This document shows positions 1 to 8,759 of a stretch of DNA of 62,126 nt, in pieces (the first letter of the stretch is position 1; each line of letters starts with the position of its first letter). Origin of the DNA: a virus (taxonomy: Duplodnaviria; Caudoviricetes); the IMG/VR virus record IMGVR_UViG_3300012940_000027, positions 1 through 62,126 of that record; one strand, given 5' to 3'. The position numbers were made by a program, and so were the translations under genes. The notes below the pieces were generated by a model. That model saw only the letters and a program-made list of their open reading frames with translations, ran no database searches and was not told the origin of the DNA.

Positions 1-60
1 ACTCACGCAAGGAGGTACCCGCAAAAAGCATGCCCGATCCCGTCCTGAGCGCGACGCCCG

Positions 61-123
61 CTACGCGATCGCTTCCTCTTCGCTCTCTTCGCGCCATTGC
101 ATGGTGTAGAGCGTGTAGTAGTA
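61..123 (-). pseudogene. Displaced original 3' end of host ABC transporter gene ([20 protein letters not shown])
   Basis: Encodes the same [10 protein letters not shown] peptide as the ABC transporter at the right end, followed by a different tail and TAG at 61-63. Confidence 0.85.
113..123. repeat. Attachment-site core (left junction) GTGTAGTAGTA
   Basis: Identical to 62004-62014. Confidence 0.85.
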
Positions 124-267
124 ACGGAGGGAACAGGCGTCTCGCCCGTTCCCTCCAGTCTCGCAACGACAGCACACTGTCGCCTGGATTATCCCGGTTG
201 TTCCGGCAGTTTTCCGTAAGGTGTGGACATTGGTAGCCACTTGGCTACTTGTGTCCCGAACGGCCGA

Positions 268-301
268 TTTGACCCCGGTTGTCGTCAGCCGTGGGGTCAA
301 A
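268..301. promoter_or_regulatory. Putative integrase arm-type sites (TTTGACCCC / GGGGTCAAA)
   Basis: TTTGACCCC 268-276 and GGGGTCAAA 293-301; same motif recurs near the right junction (61931-61953). Confidence 0.6.
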
Positions 302-342
302 TCGGGAGCCATTGCGGCCGTCGTGGAGTAGCGAAATTGGGG

Positions 343-558
343 TCAGGCGGCACGGTTCGCCCAGCGGGCAAGCGCCTTGTCGCGGGCAATGACGGCCTCG
401 ATCTCGCTGCGGTCGAGGCGGAGGGTGCGCGGGCCGAGGCGGACGACGGCGTCCGCGGGAATGTGCCCCTCGGCGATCCAGCGGTAGATCGATTTCACGG
501 AGCAACGGAAGAGCTCGGCTGCCTCCTTTACGGTCATCAGGTTGTTCACGCTAGCCAT
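343..558 (-). CDS. xis: Excisionase / MerR-like HTH_17 recombination directionality factor
   Basis: LMTVKEAAELFRCSVKSIYRWIAEGHIPA..RLGPRTLRLDRSEIE winged-helix pattern; adjacent to att. Confidence 0.85.
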   Translation of the reverse strand: MASVNNLMTVKEAAELFRCSVKSIYRWIAEGHIPADAVVRLGPRTLRLDRSEIEAVIARDKALARWANRAA

Positions 559-994
559 TGGATTCTCCGGGGCAACGGTGGCGCTGGTAGGTCGCGCCAA
601 GCGGGTGTTCCATCGGGCGGAGCATGCGGGCCTTGCCGGGCCGCGTCAGGACGTAGACGCCGTTGGCGCTCGGCTCGGCGTCGAGCCGCACCTCCTTGTT
701 CGCCACTCCGACGGTGACGACGAAGAGCGGCTGGCCACAGGCGGCGCAGACCTCCGCGCCCTCGGGGGCATCGCCCTCGTCTGACGCTTTGGTCATCAGC
801 CCGGCCAGCGCCTCGGCGAACGCCCGGCCAGGCTTCAGGCGGAGCACCGACGCGGGACTGATGGTGACGAGTAGCTCGTCTCGCCGGCGGTCGTAGGCCA
901 GCGCCCCATGCTCCACCAGTGCTCCCCGCCCGGTGACCACCACGACGCCCTGGGCGACCTCCAGGGTCACCTCGATCTGCTTAGTCGCGTCCAA
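551..994 (-). CDS. Hypothetical phage protein with CxxC...HxC putative zinc motif
   Basis: GAGGAG RBS before TTG at 994; CAACG and HRC motifs. Confidence 0.55.
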   Translation of the reverse strand: MDATKQIEVTLEVAQGVVVVTGRGALVEHGALAYDRRRDELLVTISPASVLRLKPGRAFAEALAGLMTKASDEGDAPEGAEVCAACGQPLFVVTVGVANKEVRLDAEPSANGVYVLTRPGKARMLRPMEHPLGATYQRHRCPGESNG

Positions 995-1808
995 TCTCGA
1001 TCTCCTCGTGATACGCCCGGTCGATCGCCCGCTTCCAGTCGTCGACGGTGCGAACCGACGGCCAGTAGGTGCGGAGGATCGGCCGCAGCTCGGCAACGAC
1101 CATCTCGAAGGGATCGGCGGGCTTCGGCGCCGGTGGCTCGTCCAGGCCGGCAAAGATGTCATCCATCTCGGCGACCGCGGTAGCGACGCCGACGCTGTTG
1201 GCTTCATGCACGTCGTCGCCGGTGACACGGCCGGTCTCGAGGAGCACGCTCTCCAGGGAGCGCTGCACGTCGGCCGGCATCGAGGCGATCCGCTCGGCCA
1301 CGGTGATCGCGACCTTGCCCGCCACCATGCCGGAGAAGAGCGGCTTGCTGAGCCGGGCCAGCTTCAGCCGCTTGCGCACCACGTTGATGTGCAGGCCGGT
1401 GGCCTGAACGATCTCGCGCTCGGTGTAACCAGCTTCGTTGAGGTCCAGGATCGCCTGTACGTCGCTGACCGGATTGGCGCTCCGCACCGCGTTGGCGGTG
1501 ACGGCGAGCGTCGCCTCGACCAGCGGATCGACCTCGATGACGTAGGCGCGGATCGCGGTCCAGCCCAGCTCACGGGCGGCGGCGATGCGACGGCGGCCGT
1601 CAACGATGCCAAATTTGCCGTCCGATCCGGTGCGGGCGTTGAGCAGAACCGGCTGAAGCTGACCGCGGCGGGCCAGACTGTTGCGCAGCTCCGCGCTCGG
1701 TTTCAGCGCTTGCTCCGCGACCAGGTACAGGGCGATGCGCTGCTCGTCGATCTCGTCGAGGTTGAGGTCGGGGAAGAGCGCCGCCAGATCGAGCTGCGTC
1801 TCACTCAT
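981..1808 (-). CDS. ParB/Spo0J-like N-terminal nuclease-fold protein with HTH
   Basis: LRNSLARRGQLQPVLL...IVDGRRRIAAARELGW and EIVQATGLHINVVRKRLKLARL. Confidence 0.85.
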   Translation of the reverse strand: MSETQLDLAALFPDLNLDEIDEQRIALYLVAEQALKPSAELRNSLARRGQLQPVLLNARTGSDGKFGIVDGRRRIAAARELGWTAIRAYVIEVDPLVEATLAVTANAVRSANPVSDVQAILDLNEAGYTEREIVQATGLHINVVRKRLKLARLSKPLFSGMVAGKVAITVAERIASMPADVQRSLESVLLETGRVTGDDVHEANSVGVATAVAEMDDIFAGLDEPPAPKPADPFEMVVAELRPILRTYWPSVRTVDDWKRAIDRAYHEEIEIGRD

Positions 1809-2019
1809 CGGGACCGCCCTCCTCGTCCACCGTCTCCCAGGAGAGCACGCTGTACCAGTCGTTGGGGTCGTTGGCATTGATGACGAGCATTTCCTCGTCG
1901 TCGGCGTTGCGAGCCTTGAACTCGGCGATCTTGCGATCACGCGCCGCGATGCTGGTGACGTGCTCGACTTCATCGGCTCCCATATTGCCGCCGAGATACA
2001 CGAGAATGAACTTGGTCAT
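1801..2019 (-). CDS. Small hypothetical protein
   Basis: GGAGG RBS, ATG at 2019, overlaps next start. Confidence 0.6.
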   Translation of the reverse strand: MTKFILVYLGGNMGADEVEHVTSIAARDRKIAEFKARNADDEEMLVINANDPNDWYSVLSWETVDEEGGPDE

Positions 2020-2087
2020 GATTCCTCCGGCGTGTGGACTCCCATCTATAAGGAAGCCGGGCCAGCGCTGGCCGGCCCGGCTGGGCG

Positions 2088-2804
2088 CTACTCCTCGGAC
2101 TGAGCAGCCCGCGCCTTGGCGATGTGGTGGTCGAGGACGTTGCGGTAGCTCGGGCACTCCGTCGGCCCGTCGAAGAGGTAATCTCCTCGGTCGCCGTGGT
2201 GGACCATCGGCATCACCAACGCCGTGACCTGCTCACCCTCGGCGGAGAGGGTGCGGAACTCGACGGCCTGGTCGCAGCCGAACATGCGCACTTCCACCTT
2301 GCCGTCGGTCCCCTCGGCCGCAGTGGCGAGGAAGGTGGCGATGCGCTTCAGCAGGTTGGCGTTCAGCATCACGACGGAATGCGGCACCTGGTCGCGGACC
2401 AGCGTGTGAACGTCCGGCGGAGTCGCGGCTCCGGGCTGCTGGAAGCTGAGCTTCACGTCCGGCTTGGCGTCGGTGACGATCTCGCCATCGATCTCGCCGC
2501 GCAGTGTGAGATGGGCGCCGGGCTTGGCCTTGGTCGTCTTGGTGATCGCGGCCTGAAGCGTCTTGCGCGGGATGAGCGTCTGTTCAGGGATCGCCGGCCC
2601 CAGCCGATCAACCGGCTTGACCATGCCGGCGATATAGCCGTCGGCGGCCTGGAAGCGCCCCTTCAAGAACCAGGCGTGCGTGAGCACCGGGCGATCCTCC
2701 TCGCCAGCGGTCATGTGGTGCAATGCCAGCGCCGCTCGGGAGATGTGGTGGGTGCCCTCCTCCGTCTCACTGATGACGGCTGTCGGCTCGATGGTTGCGG
2801 TCAT
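2088..2804 (-). CDS. Sliding-clamp (DnaN beta)-like protein, two-domain size
   Basis: RPVLTH...AADGY and LNANLL...ALVMPM resemble beta-clamp RPxLxG..ATDG, FNxxYL and LxMP motifs. Confidence 0.55.
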   Translation of the reverse strand: MTATIEPTAVISETEEGTHHISRAALALHHMTAGEEDRPVLTHAWFLKGRFQAADGYIAGMVKPVDRLGPAIPEQTLIPRKTLQAAITKTTKAKPGAHLTLRGEIDGEIVTDAKPDVKLSFQQPGAATPPDVHTLVRDQVPHSVVMLNANLLKRIATFLATAAEGTDGKVEVRMFGCDQAVEFRTLSAEGEQVTALVMPMVHHGDRGDYLFDGPTECPSYRNVLDHHIAKARAAQSEE

Positions 2805-2871
2805 TTCGGGAATCTCCTTTGGAGGTGAGGCGGACCGGACCGGCCGGTCCGCTCGCTGTTGTCGTGGGCGA

Positions 2872-3570
2872 CTACGCCTCGATCTGTTTGGCGAGATTGA
2901 TGGAGCGGCCTGCGACGACGCCGGCGTTGTAGCCGTTGCGATCGCTGAGGCTGGAGCGGGAGCGGGTCTGGCGGGAGTTGGGGAAGAACTCGCGCATCGC
3001 CCGCGCCAGCGCGTCGTTCTTGACCACCACGAGGGCGTTGACCGACGCCTCCCCTTCGGCCCGCTTCTGCTCCTCGAACTGCGCCTTCAGGCGATCACGG
3101 AGGGTTTGACCGGCTCCGATGCGGAACGAGTTTTTCCATGCCCGGACAGTCGAGAAGCGCTTGTCCATCGGGCTGAGCACGTCCCAGCCGACATCGGCCA
3201 GGCGCATCACCTCGTTGACGAGGTAGTCGTAGAGGCCGGTAACGATGGCGATGTTGTGTTGCTCGCCGATGATGTAGGCGCCACGGCCCTTGGGCGGAAA
3301 GACCACTTTGCAGAAGGAGTAATCGCAGATCGCGTGGAGCAGGTAGCGCCGCCAGTTCATGCCGGCGCCGAGGTCGATGGTGACCTTCTCGTAGCCGTGC
3401 TGGTCGTTGCGCGACGCGCCGTCCACCTGCGCCTGCGTCAAGTTGTAGCGGAGCATGAGGCGCTGAATCGCCGCGACCGCGGCGGCGGCTTCCTCCGGGG
3501 TGCCCGGCCGATCGGCCAGGCCGCGGAGGCGGGCGATCTTGTCGAGGATTGCGGTCAGGTCCGTGTTCAC
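2872..3570 (-). CDS. DUF2786-family protein
   Basis: ILDKIARLRGLA...TPEEAAAA..IQRLMLRYNL N-terminus; SF..G and GY.AG...G C-terminal motifs. Confidence 0.8.
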   Translation of the reverse strand: MNTDLTAILDKIARLRGLADRPGTPEEAAAAVAAIQRLMLRYNLTQAQVDGASRNDQHGYEKVTIDLGAGMNWRRYLLHAICDYSFCKVVFPPKGRGAYIIGEQHNIAIVTGLYDYLVNEVMRLADVGWDVLSPMDKRFSTVRAWKNSFRIGAGQTLRDRLKAQFEEQKRAEGEASVNALVVVKNDALARAMREFFPNSRQTRSRSSLSDRNGYNAGVVAGRSINLAKQIEA

Positions 3571-3647
3571 TGGTCGTCTCCGTACTAACGAATCGTTGCC
3601 CTCTGGCTACCGGGGAATCGGGCCGGGTTGCCCCGACCCGAGGTGGG

Positions 3648-4049
3648 CTACTGGATGGCGTACAGCATCACCCCCTTCAGGTTGATCTCCTCTTCGAGGC
3701 GGATGATCGAGAGGCGGATCGCGTGGCGGTCCCAGTGGTCGCAGCCATTCAGTTGCTTGCGCAGCTTGGCCAGCTTTGCGGCCATCTTGCTGATCTCGCG
3801 GGCCAGCTCATCCTTCATCGTGTTCTGCACGGTTTCGCGGATGTCGCTCCGGGTGGCGATCAGCTCGTTCTGGACGCTCACCTCGTTTTCGGCGTCACAG
3901 CGGCGATCGAAGACGCCGACGAACACGGGAGCGCAATCCTCGCCCGGCACGAACGCCTGGAACTGGCCCTCGAACTCCATCGTCCAACCGACCACCGCGC
4001 CCTTGCCCAGGTAGCTGTCGCGAATCGGGGTCATCGTGCTCGTCAGCAT
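3648..4049 (-). CDS. Hypothetical protein (C-terminal coiled coil)
   Basis: Start-associated sequence (SAS) at 4052-4062 directly before ATG; own promoter at 4107-4135. Confidence 0.7.
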   Translation of the reverse strand: MLTSTMTPIRDSYLGKGAVVGWTMEFEGQFQAFVPGEDCAPVFVGVFDRRCDAENEVSVQNELIATRSDIRETVQNTMKDELAREISKMAAKLAKLRKQLNGCDHWDRHAIRLSIIRLEEEINLKGVMLYAIQ

Positions 4050-4106
4050 CTTGGTCGTCTCCTGTGAGCTTCTCTTTGGTAGCCCCATGGCTACCATTGT
4101 ACCTAC

Positions 4107-4135
4107 ATTATACCCATAGAGTTGCCAGCGTGCAA
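4107..4135 (-). promoter_or_regulatory. sigma70-type promoter TTGCAC-17-TATAAT overlapped by GTTGC-N6-GCAAC operator
   Basis: Read directly; second palindrome at 4079-4094. Confidence 0.85.
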
Positions 4136-4204
4136 CCCTATTGCAGACTTTTTTCTCGCCGGAATTGGGCGCCGGAAGCAGGAATCCCCCCGGCGCGTTG
4201 CGGC

Positions 4205-4972
4205 CTATTCGTTCTCGATCTCGACCGGGAGGCCCGACCGCCTGGCACGCTCCAGCGCGGCGATGTGGCGGCCACCCTCGGGATCGTTGATGACGGTGAG
4301 GTGGTGGATCGGGAGAATGGCGAAGATACCGAGCTGGTAGTCCGGGGTGAACCCATCCGGTCGGCGCCGGGCGCGGTAGGTCGTCGAGCCGACGGTGCGA
4401 TCGACAGAGCGCCAGGGCACCTGCGGATCGAGCACGGTCTCGCCGCCCTCGACATCTTCCCAATAGAGCGCCTGGCACATCTCGTCCGGCTGGGGTCCCT
4501 CGACCGGGATGGCCATGTGCTCCATGCGCCTGGCCGGGCAGCCAGCCAGGGGTGACCAGCCGGTGGCCTCGGGCCGGCGCTCCACCACGTCGTCGCGCAG
4601 GATCGAGCGCAACTGGCCTGCGTTGCGGATCAGCGCCCGTGCGTGAAGCAGGAAGAGCTTGGACGCCTTGGAGAGCCGGCTGAAGTCGGTGTTGGTGGCG
4701 ATGCGGCGGCTGACGCCGTAGCGGCGCATCTCGGCGATCATGTCCGCCACGTTCGGGTAGTGCGTCGAGCCGACCCAATCGAAGACGTGGGTGACGCCGC
4801 CGACATCGATAAGCTGGACGCCGATCGGTTCGATCCGGAGCCGTTCGGCATCCACCGGCCGCGGCGGGCAGGGCAGGAAGTCGTCGAGGGGCACACCCCG
4901 CTCGCCGGTCGGGATGGTGATGTAGGTGCCGCCCTTCTGGCGGCGTCCGCAGCCGCGCACCACCTTATGCAT
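4205..4972 (-). CDS. Hypothetical phage protein
   Basis: GAGG RBS, 255-aa ORF with plausible globular composition. Confidence 0.7.
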   Translation of the reverse strand: MHKVVRGCGRRQKGGTYITIPTGERGVPLDDFLPCPPRPVDAERLRIEPIGVQLIDVGGVTHVFDWVGSTHYPNVADMIAEMRRYGVSRRIATNTDFSRLSKASKLFLLHARALIRNAGQLRSILRDDVVERRPEATGWSPLAGCPARRMEHMAIPVEGPQPDEMCQALYWEDVEGGETVLDPQVPWRSVDRTVGSTTYRARRRPDGFTPDYQLGIFAILPIHHLTVINDPEGGRHIAALERARRSGLPVEIENE

Positions 4973-5034
4973 GCTGCACCTCGCCAGCGTTGGCGGCCGG
5001 CCACCATGCGAGATTGATGCGCGTGAGGTCCAGT

Positions 5035-5367
5035 TCATCCATTTGTTTCCACCCGTTCACTAAACAGATTACGTGCCACCGCTTCCATCAGCGGGTAGAG
5101 CGCCAACAGCGCAGAGCGAAGGGATCGCTCGGCTTCAAGCTCCATGCAGCTCTCTGGTGCTACGGAGAGGAAGGCCAGGAAGATACCGGCAACTCGGCGC
5201 ATGGCGTCCAGGTCGTCGGCATCGAGCACTGCGAACATCGGCTCGCCAACCTGGTCGAGTCGCGCCCCCAGGCGTTCGAGGATGCGGGCCGTCTCGTCGA
5301 GAACGGCGTGCTGGTTCTCGGGAATCAGCGGGTCCATCGTCGCTCCTGCGTGGGTGGCCGGGGCCAT
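5035..5367 (-). CDS. Hypothetical protein downstream of SOS box (start may be 5337)
   Basis: ORF with AGGAG RBS before ATG 5337. Confidence 0.6.
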   Translation of the reverse strand: MAPATHAGATMDPLIPENQHAVLDETARILERLGARLDQVGEPMFAVLDADDLDAMRRVAGIFLAFLSVAPESCMELEAERSLRSALLALYPLMEAVARNLFSERVETNG

Positions 5368-5388
5368 CCCCGGCCACTAGAACGAATT

Positions 5389-5402
5389 AGAACACATGTT
5401 CT
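5389..5402. promoter_or_regulatory. Putative LexA (SOS) box AGAAC-ACAT-GTTCT
   Basis: Perfect GAAC-N4-GTTC palindrome of the Gram-positive/Chloroflexota type, upstream of ORF 5035-5367. Confidence 0.65.
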
Positions 5403-5673
5403 AGATTTTCGGGTACACTCCGCAACCAAGGGTCTCTTCCAGGACCGTCAGGTACGCGACATAGGCGACATGCTTGCAGGGCTTGCCGAAGCGGCCCGCC
5501 TTGCAGGTGCAGGTAGTCGTGGTGGCCTGGTAGACGTTCTTGCCGCTGAACACATCGAGCGTGCCCGGCCGGCTCGTCTTTTCGGCGCGGAGGCCGGAGG
5601 CGATCGCCCGGCTGATCGCCTCATCGAACTTGGCATCGCTGAACTGCTGGCTCGTGATCTCGCTGAGGGTCAT
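5401..5673 (-). CDS. SWIM zinc-finger protein
   Basis: CTCKAGRFGKPCKH = CxC-xn-CxH; SAS before ATG. Confidence 0.8.
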   Translation of the reverse strand: MTLSEITSQQFSDAKFDEAISRAIASGLRAEKTSRPGTLDVFSGKNVYQATTTTCTCKAGRFGKPCKHVAYVAYLTVLEETLGCGVYPKI

Positions 5674-5722
5674 TGGTCGTCTCCTCTGTGCGCACTTTTC
5701 GTAGCCACATGGCTACTCTCTT

Positions 5723-5751
5723 AGTATAGCAATAACGTTGCCAGTGTGCAA
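5723..5751 (-). promoter_or_regulatory. sigma70-type promoter TTGCAC-17-TATACT with operators
   Basis: Operators at 5737-5752 and 5701-5716; SAS 5674-5684. Confidence 0.85.
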
Positions 5752-5765
5752 CCATTGGTTGCCAG

Positions 5766-5936
5766 TCAGCGACGAACAAGATCAGCCAGGCGGGTGTAGG
5801 TCTCGAGGAGCCGGAGCCAGAAGTCGGTCAGTTCCTCGCGGCGCTTGGGATCGGGTTCGGCGTCGATGACCTCCCAGCCGTTGTCGAGCCGCTGGTGCAA
5901 CTCGGCCAGCCGGCGCTCGTCGTTCATGGTTGCCAT
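5766..5936 (-). CDS. Small hypothetical protein
   Basis: GGAGG RBS, helical ORF. Confidence 0.55.
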   Translation of the reverse strand: MATMNDERRLAELHQRLDNGWEVIDAEPDPKRREELTDFWLRLLETYTRLADLVRR

Positions 5937-5949
5937 CGCCTCCCCTCCC

Positions 5950-6309
5950 CTACGCGCAGGCCGGGCACCGGCCGTGCTGGTCGGCCGGCTGCACCTGCGA
6001 CGCCACATCGATCGCGCCCAGGCCGAGGCCGAGGTGGTCGTACTCGCCGCGCACGATGCAGTTGATGTGGGCGAGCATTTGCGGGAACTTCATCCAGCTT
6101 ACCGTGAGCGATTCGAGCTGCTCGCCAGTGTCGGAGCGGACGACGGCGTATTCCTGCGCGGCATCGGCCGAGGTGGAGTCGTTGAGCAGCAGGTAGTTGC
6201 CGAGGCGGAATCCGGTGCAGAGGGTCCAGGTATGGTCCGTGAGCATCGCGGCCAGGGTCGGGTGCTGAGTCGCCTCGACGACGCCCCAGACGCGGTTGCG
6301 GTGCAGCAC
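5950..6309 (-). CDS. Hypothetical protein (C-terminal CxxC)
   Basis: GGAGG RBS, coupled to upstream stop. Confidence 0.65.
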   Translation of the reverse strand: MLHRNRVWGVVEATQHPTLAAMLTDHTWTLCTGFRLGNYLLLNDSTSADAAQEYAVVRSDTGEQLESLTVSWMKFPQMLAHINCIVRGEYDHLGLGLGAIDVASQVQPADQHGRCPACA

Positions 6310-6791
6310 TAGCGCACCTCCCTGGCGAGCATCTGCTCCCGGCGCCGGTGCAGCGCATCGGCCACCTGCGGCCCGCGGACGTGCAGGCGGCGGGCGGTGC
6401 GGATCGCCCTGTCCCAGGCATTCATCGTCGTGCGCAGCAGCGTCGCTTCGGCCGGGTGCAGCGACCGGTTGAGCGCGATTTCCGCGTCCGACTCGGCCTC
6501 GCCGTAGCTGGGCCAGGAACGGTACTGAGCAATGCCCCTCGCCGTGAAGAGACGGTGGGCGATCAGCGCCCCAACGATGCAGCAGCGCGGAGCCGGAAGG
6601 TCGTCGCCGAGGGGCAGGTCGATGTGGCAGGTATTTCCGTCGATCGGGGCGGCCAGAACCTCATCGGCCGCGGCGTCTCCGAAGATGGAGCGGAGGGTCG
6701 GGGTGTTCACGCAGGTCATTCCTTCAGGTGAAGCGGCCACCGCTGCGGCCGCCGGTACATCTCGGTGTTCCAATTCGTAGCTAGGCGGCAA
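6309..6791 (-). CDS. Hypothetical protein (start uncertain, possibly 6719)
   Basis: ORF tiles between neighbours. Confidence 0.55.
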   Translation of the reverse strand: MPPSYELEHRDVPAAAAVAASPEGMTCVNTPTLRSIFGDAAADEVLAAPIDGNTCHIDLPLGDDLPAPRCCIVGALIAHRLFTARGIAQYRSWPSYGEAESDAEIALNRSLHPAEATLLRTTMNAWDRAIRTARRLHVRGPQVADALHRRREQMLAREVR

Positions 6792-6793
6792 CC

Positions 6794-7087
6794 CTAGGCG
6801 CAGAAGAATGTGCCGATGTGCTCCTCCCAGGCAGCCGAGCCGTCGTAGCCGGCCAGGTGCTCCGCGAATCCGGTAAAGAAGCGGTCTGCCTCGGCGGGTT
6901 CCGGAGCGACGCAGACGACGATTTGCTCGTCGTCATCGTTGAAGAGGGAGACCGACCAGGGCAGGCCGGGCAGCGTTGCGCTCTCCTCGCCTGGCTCGTC
7001 GAAAGCCAGAACGACGGTGAAGGGGCCGCAGTAGGCGATGGCGCTCTGGTCGGGGTATCGCTCGATCGCGATGGCGTGGCGGATCAT
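6794..7087 (-). CDS. Hypothetical protein
   Basis: SAS 7088-7098 immediately before ATG. Confidence 0.7.
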   Translation of the reverse strand: MIRHAIAIERYPDQSAIAYCGPFTVVLAFDEPGEESATLPGLPWSVSLFNDDDEQIVVCVAPEPAEADRFFTGFAEHLAGYDGSAAWEEHIGTFFCA

Positions 7088-7142
7088 TGGTCGTCTCCGT
7101 TTGAGGTGCGTGGCGCCGGGCCGGTCCCGGCGCCGGGGGTGC

Positions 7143-7409
7143 TTACGCGGGCGTCTCGGCGAACGCTGCGGCCCAGGCGGCCAGGACCAGCTCGTTCGCC
7201 CGCTCCTTGCCGGCGCGGCGGCTGAGCTCGTCCATCAGCTCGCGCTCCTTGGCGAGGTTGGCCTGGATGCGCGAGGTGATCTCGGTGTGCTCGGGGCCGC
7301 GCTTCAGTTCCCAGCGTTCGCGGACCCATACGGTGTCGTTCTTGGTGCATTCCACGATCTGGGTGAAGAGGCGCTCCTCGATCTTGGTCATCGGCATCGT
7401 CGCGGTCAT
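7143..7409 (-). CDS. Hypothetical protein
   Basis: SAS 7410-7420 before ATG. Confidence 0.7.
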   Translation of the reverse strand: MTATMPMTKIEERLFTQIVECTKNDTVWVRERWELKRGPEHTEITSRIQANLAKERELMDELSRRAGKERANELVLAAWAAAFAETPA

Positions 7410-7461
7410 TGGTCGTCTCCTTTGGGCTGGGTGAGCGCCGGGCGTCCGGCGCTCCGGATTC

Positions 7462-7644
7462 CTAGTGGGAACGGCGCACGGTGATCTGGAACTCCTCGCC
7501 ACCGGCCAGGCGGATCACGATGCCCTCGTTCGTTGTGAGCAGCTCGGCATCCTTGAAGCTGCGGACATCCGCGACGAGATCGGCCAGCTCCTCGTGCTCG
7601 AAGATCGCCTCGGACAGCAGGTCGGCCACTCGCTTCTCGGTCAT
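7462..7644 (-). CDS. Small hypothetical protein
   Basis: SAS 7645-7655; promoter 7701-7729. Confidence 0.7.
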   Translation of the reverse strand: MTEKRVADLLSEAIFEHEELADLVADVRSFKDAELLTTNEGIVIRLAGGEEFQITVRRSH

Positions 7645-7700
7645 TGGTCGTCTCCCTTAGGGTTTCATTCGGTAGCCCCGTGGCTTCCCGTGGTAGCTCT

Positions 7701-7729
7701 ATTATACCCAAATAGTTGCCAACGTGCAA
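7701..7729 (-). promoter_or_regulatory. sigma70-type promoter TTGCAC-17-TATAAT with operator
   Basis: Operator GTTGC-caacgt-GCAAC 7715-7730. Confidence 0.85.
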
Positions 7730-7751
7730 CCCTATAAGGGACAGTTTTCGC

Positions 7752-8069
7752 TCACTGCGCCGGGACAATCCGGGACGTGGCCGGGTGGTAGCGAACTCCC
7801 TCGCGGACCAGGGCCGCGATGTCGAGCGGGCGGTAGCAAATGTCGTTGAGCACCTGGGCGATGCGATCGGGCGAAGGCTCGAAGCGGAGGCCACCGGGCC
7901 ATTCGAGCTGGAGGGTGCGAACGGCGATCGCCCGCAGGATCGGATCGGACGCCGCTGTGCGGTCGAAGCGCTTGCTGATACCGGGGCACTCGGCCTGGCG
8001 GTGGCGCACGTAGCGCTTCACGTCGTTGTCGACCGCGGTGAAGCGGCGCGGATCGAAGCTCGGAATCAT
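7752..8069 (-). CDS. Hypothetical protein
   Basis: SAS-like GGAGACCCA before ATG. Confidence 0.6.
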   Translation of the reverse strand: MIPSFDPRRFTAVDNDVKRYVRHRQAECPGISKRFDRTAASDPILRAIAVRTLQLEWPGGLRFEPSPDRIAQVLNDICYRPLDIAALVREGVRYHPATSRIVPAQ

Positions 8070-8106
8070 CGCTGGGTCTCCCTGGGTGAACACCGGCCAG
8101 GCCGGG

Positions 8107-8472
8107 CTAGAACGAGTAGTCGTGATATTTCTTGCGGACGCCGAAGCGAACGCCGTTGTCGGAGCCGCGGGTGCGCCAGCCGTTCTTGCGCCAACTCACC
8201 TCCCACGTCTGGCCCTGCGGGTCGCGCTCGTACTGGTAGGTCTGGCTTTCGCTCATGCCGTTCGTGTCGGTGCGCGTCGCCTTGTCTTCCTGAATCACGA
8301 TCACCGGGCGCTTACCGCGGCGCACCTCGATCACGGTTGCCGGGTAGCGGTCGGTCCAGGCGAGGACGGTGGCCGGGTCGCCGACGTTGATCGTCTCGGC
8401 AATCTCGGCCGGCTGGCCGCTCATGGCGTAATTGATGAAGCTGCCAGTTTCCGTTCCGGGTTTGAGTGCCAT
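8107..8472 (-). CDS. Hypothetical phage protein
   Basis: VGDPAT...TDRYPAT...YHDYSF; tiles with neighbours. Confidence 0.7.
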   Translation of the reverse strand: MALKPGTETGSFINYAMSGQPAEIAETINVGDPATVLAWTDRYPATVIEVRRGKRPVIVIQEDKATRTDTNGMSESQTYQYERDPQGQTWEVSWRKNGWRTRGSDNGVRFGVRKKYHDYSF

Positions 8473-8476
8473 TGCC

Positions 8477-8677
8477 CTACCCTTCCAGTTCGTGCTTCAC
8501 GAAGTCGGCGGCAAGGATGCGGGCCTCCTCGTCGCACAGCTCGCAGAACGCATTGCCGCGGCTGATGTTCTCGGTGTGCCCGCATCCGGCGCAGTAGCCA
8601 CCCCGGCGTGCTGCCTCCAGCTCGGCGTTGATCTCGGCCAGCACCTCGGCCAGATCCGTGTCGGTTCCTGTGGTCAT
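8477..8677 (-). CDS. Small zinc-finger protein (CxxC...CxxC)
   Basis: SAS 8678-8688; CAGC/CELC. Confidence 0.65.
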   Translation of the reverse strand: MTTGTDTDLAEVLAEINAELEAARRGGYCAGCGHTENISRGNAFCELCDEEARILAADFVKHELEG

Positions 8678-8730
8678 TGGTCGTCTCCTCGTGCCGTGCG
8701 ACCGGGCGATCCCCGAACAGTAGTAGCCTC

Positions 8731-8759
8731 ATTATATACAAAACGTTGCCACTATGCAA
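8731..8759 (-). promoter_or_regulatory. sigma70-type promoter TTGCAT-17-TATAAT with operator
   Basis: Operator 8745-8760. Confidence 0.85.
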
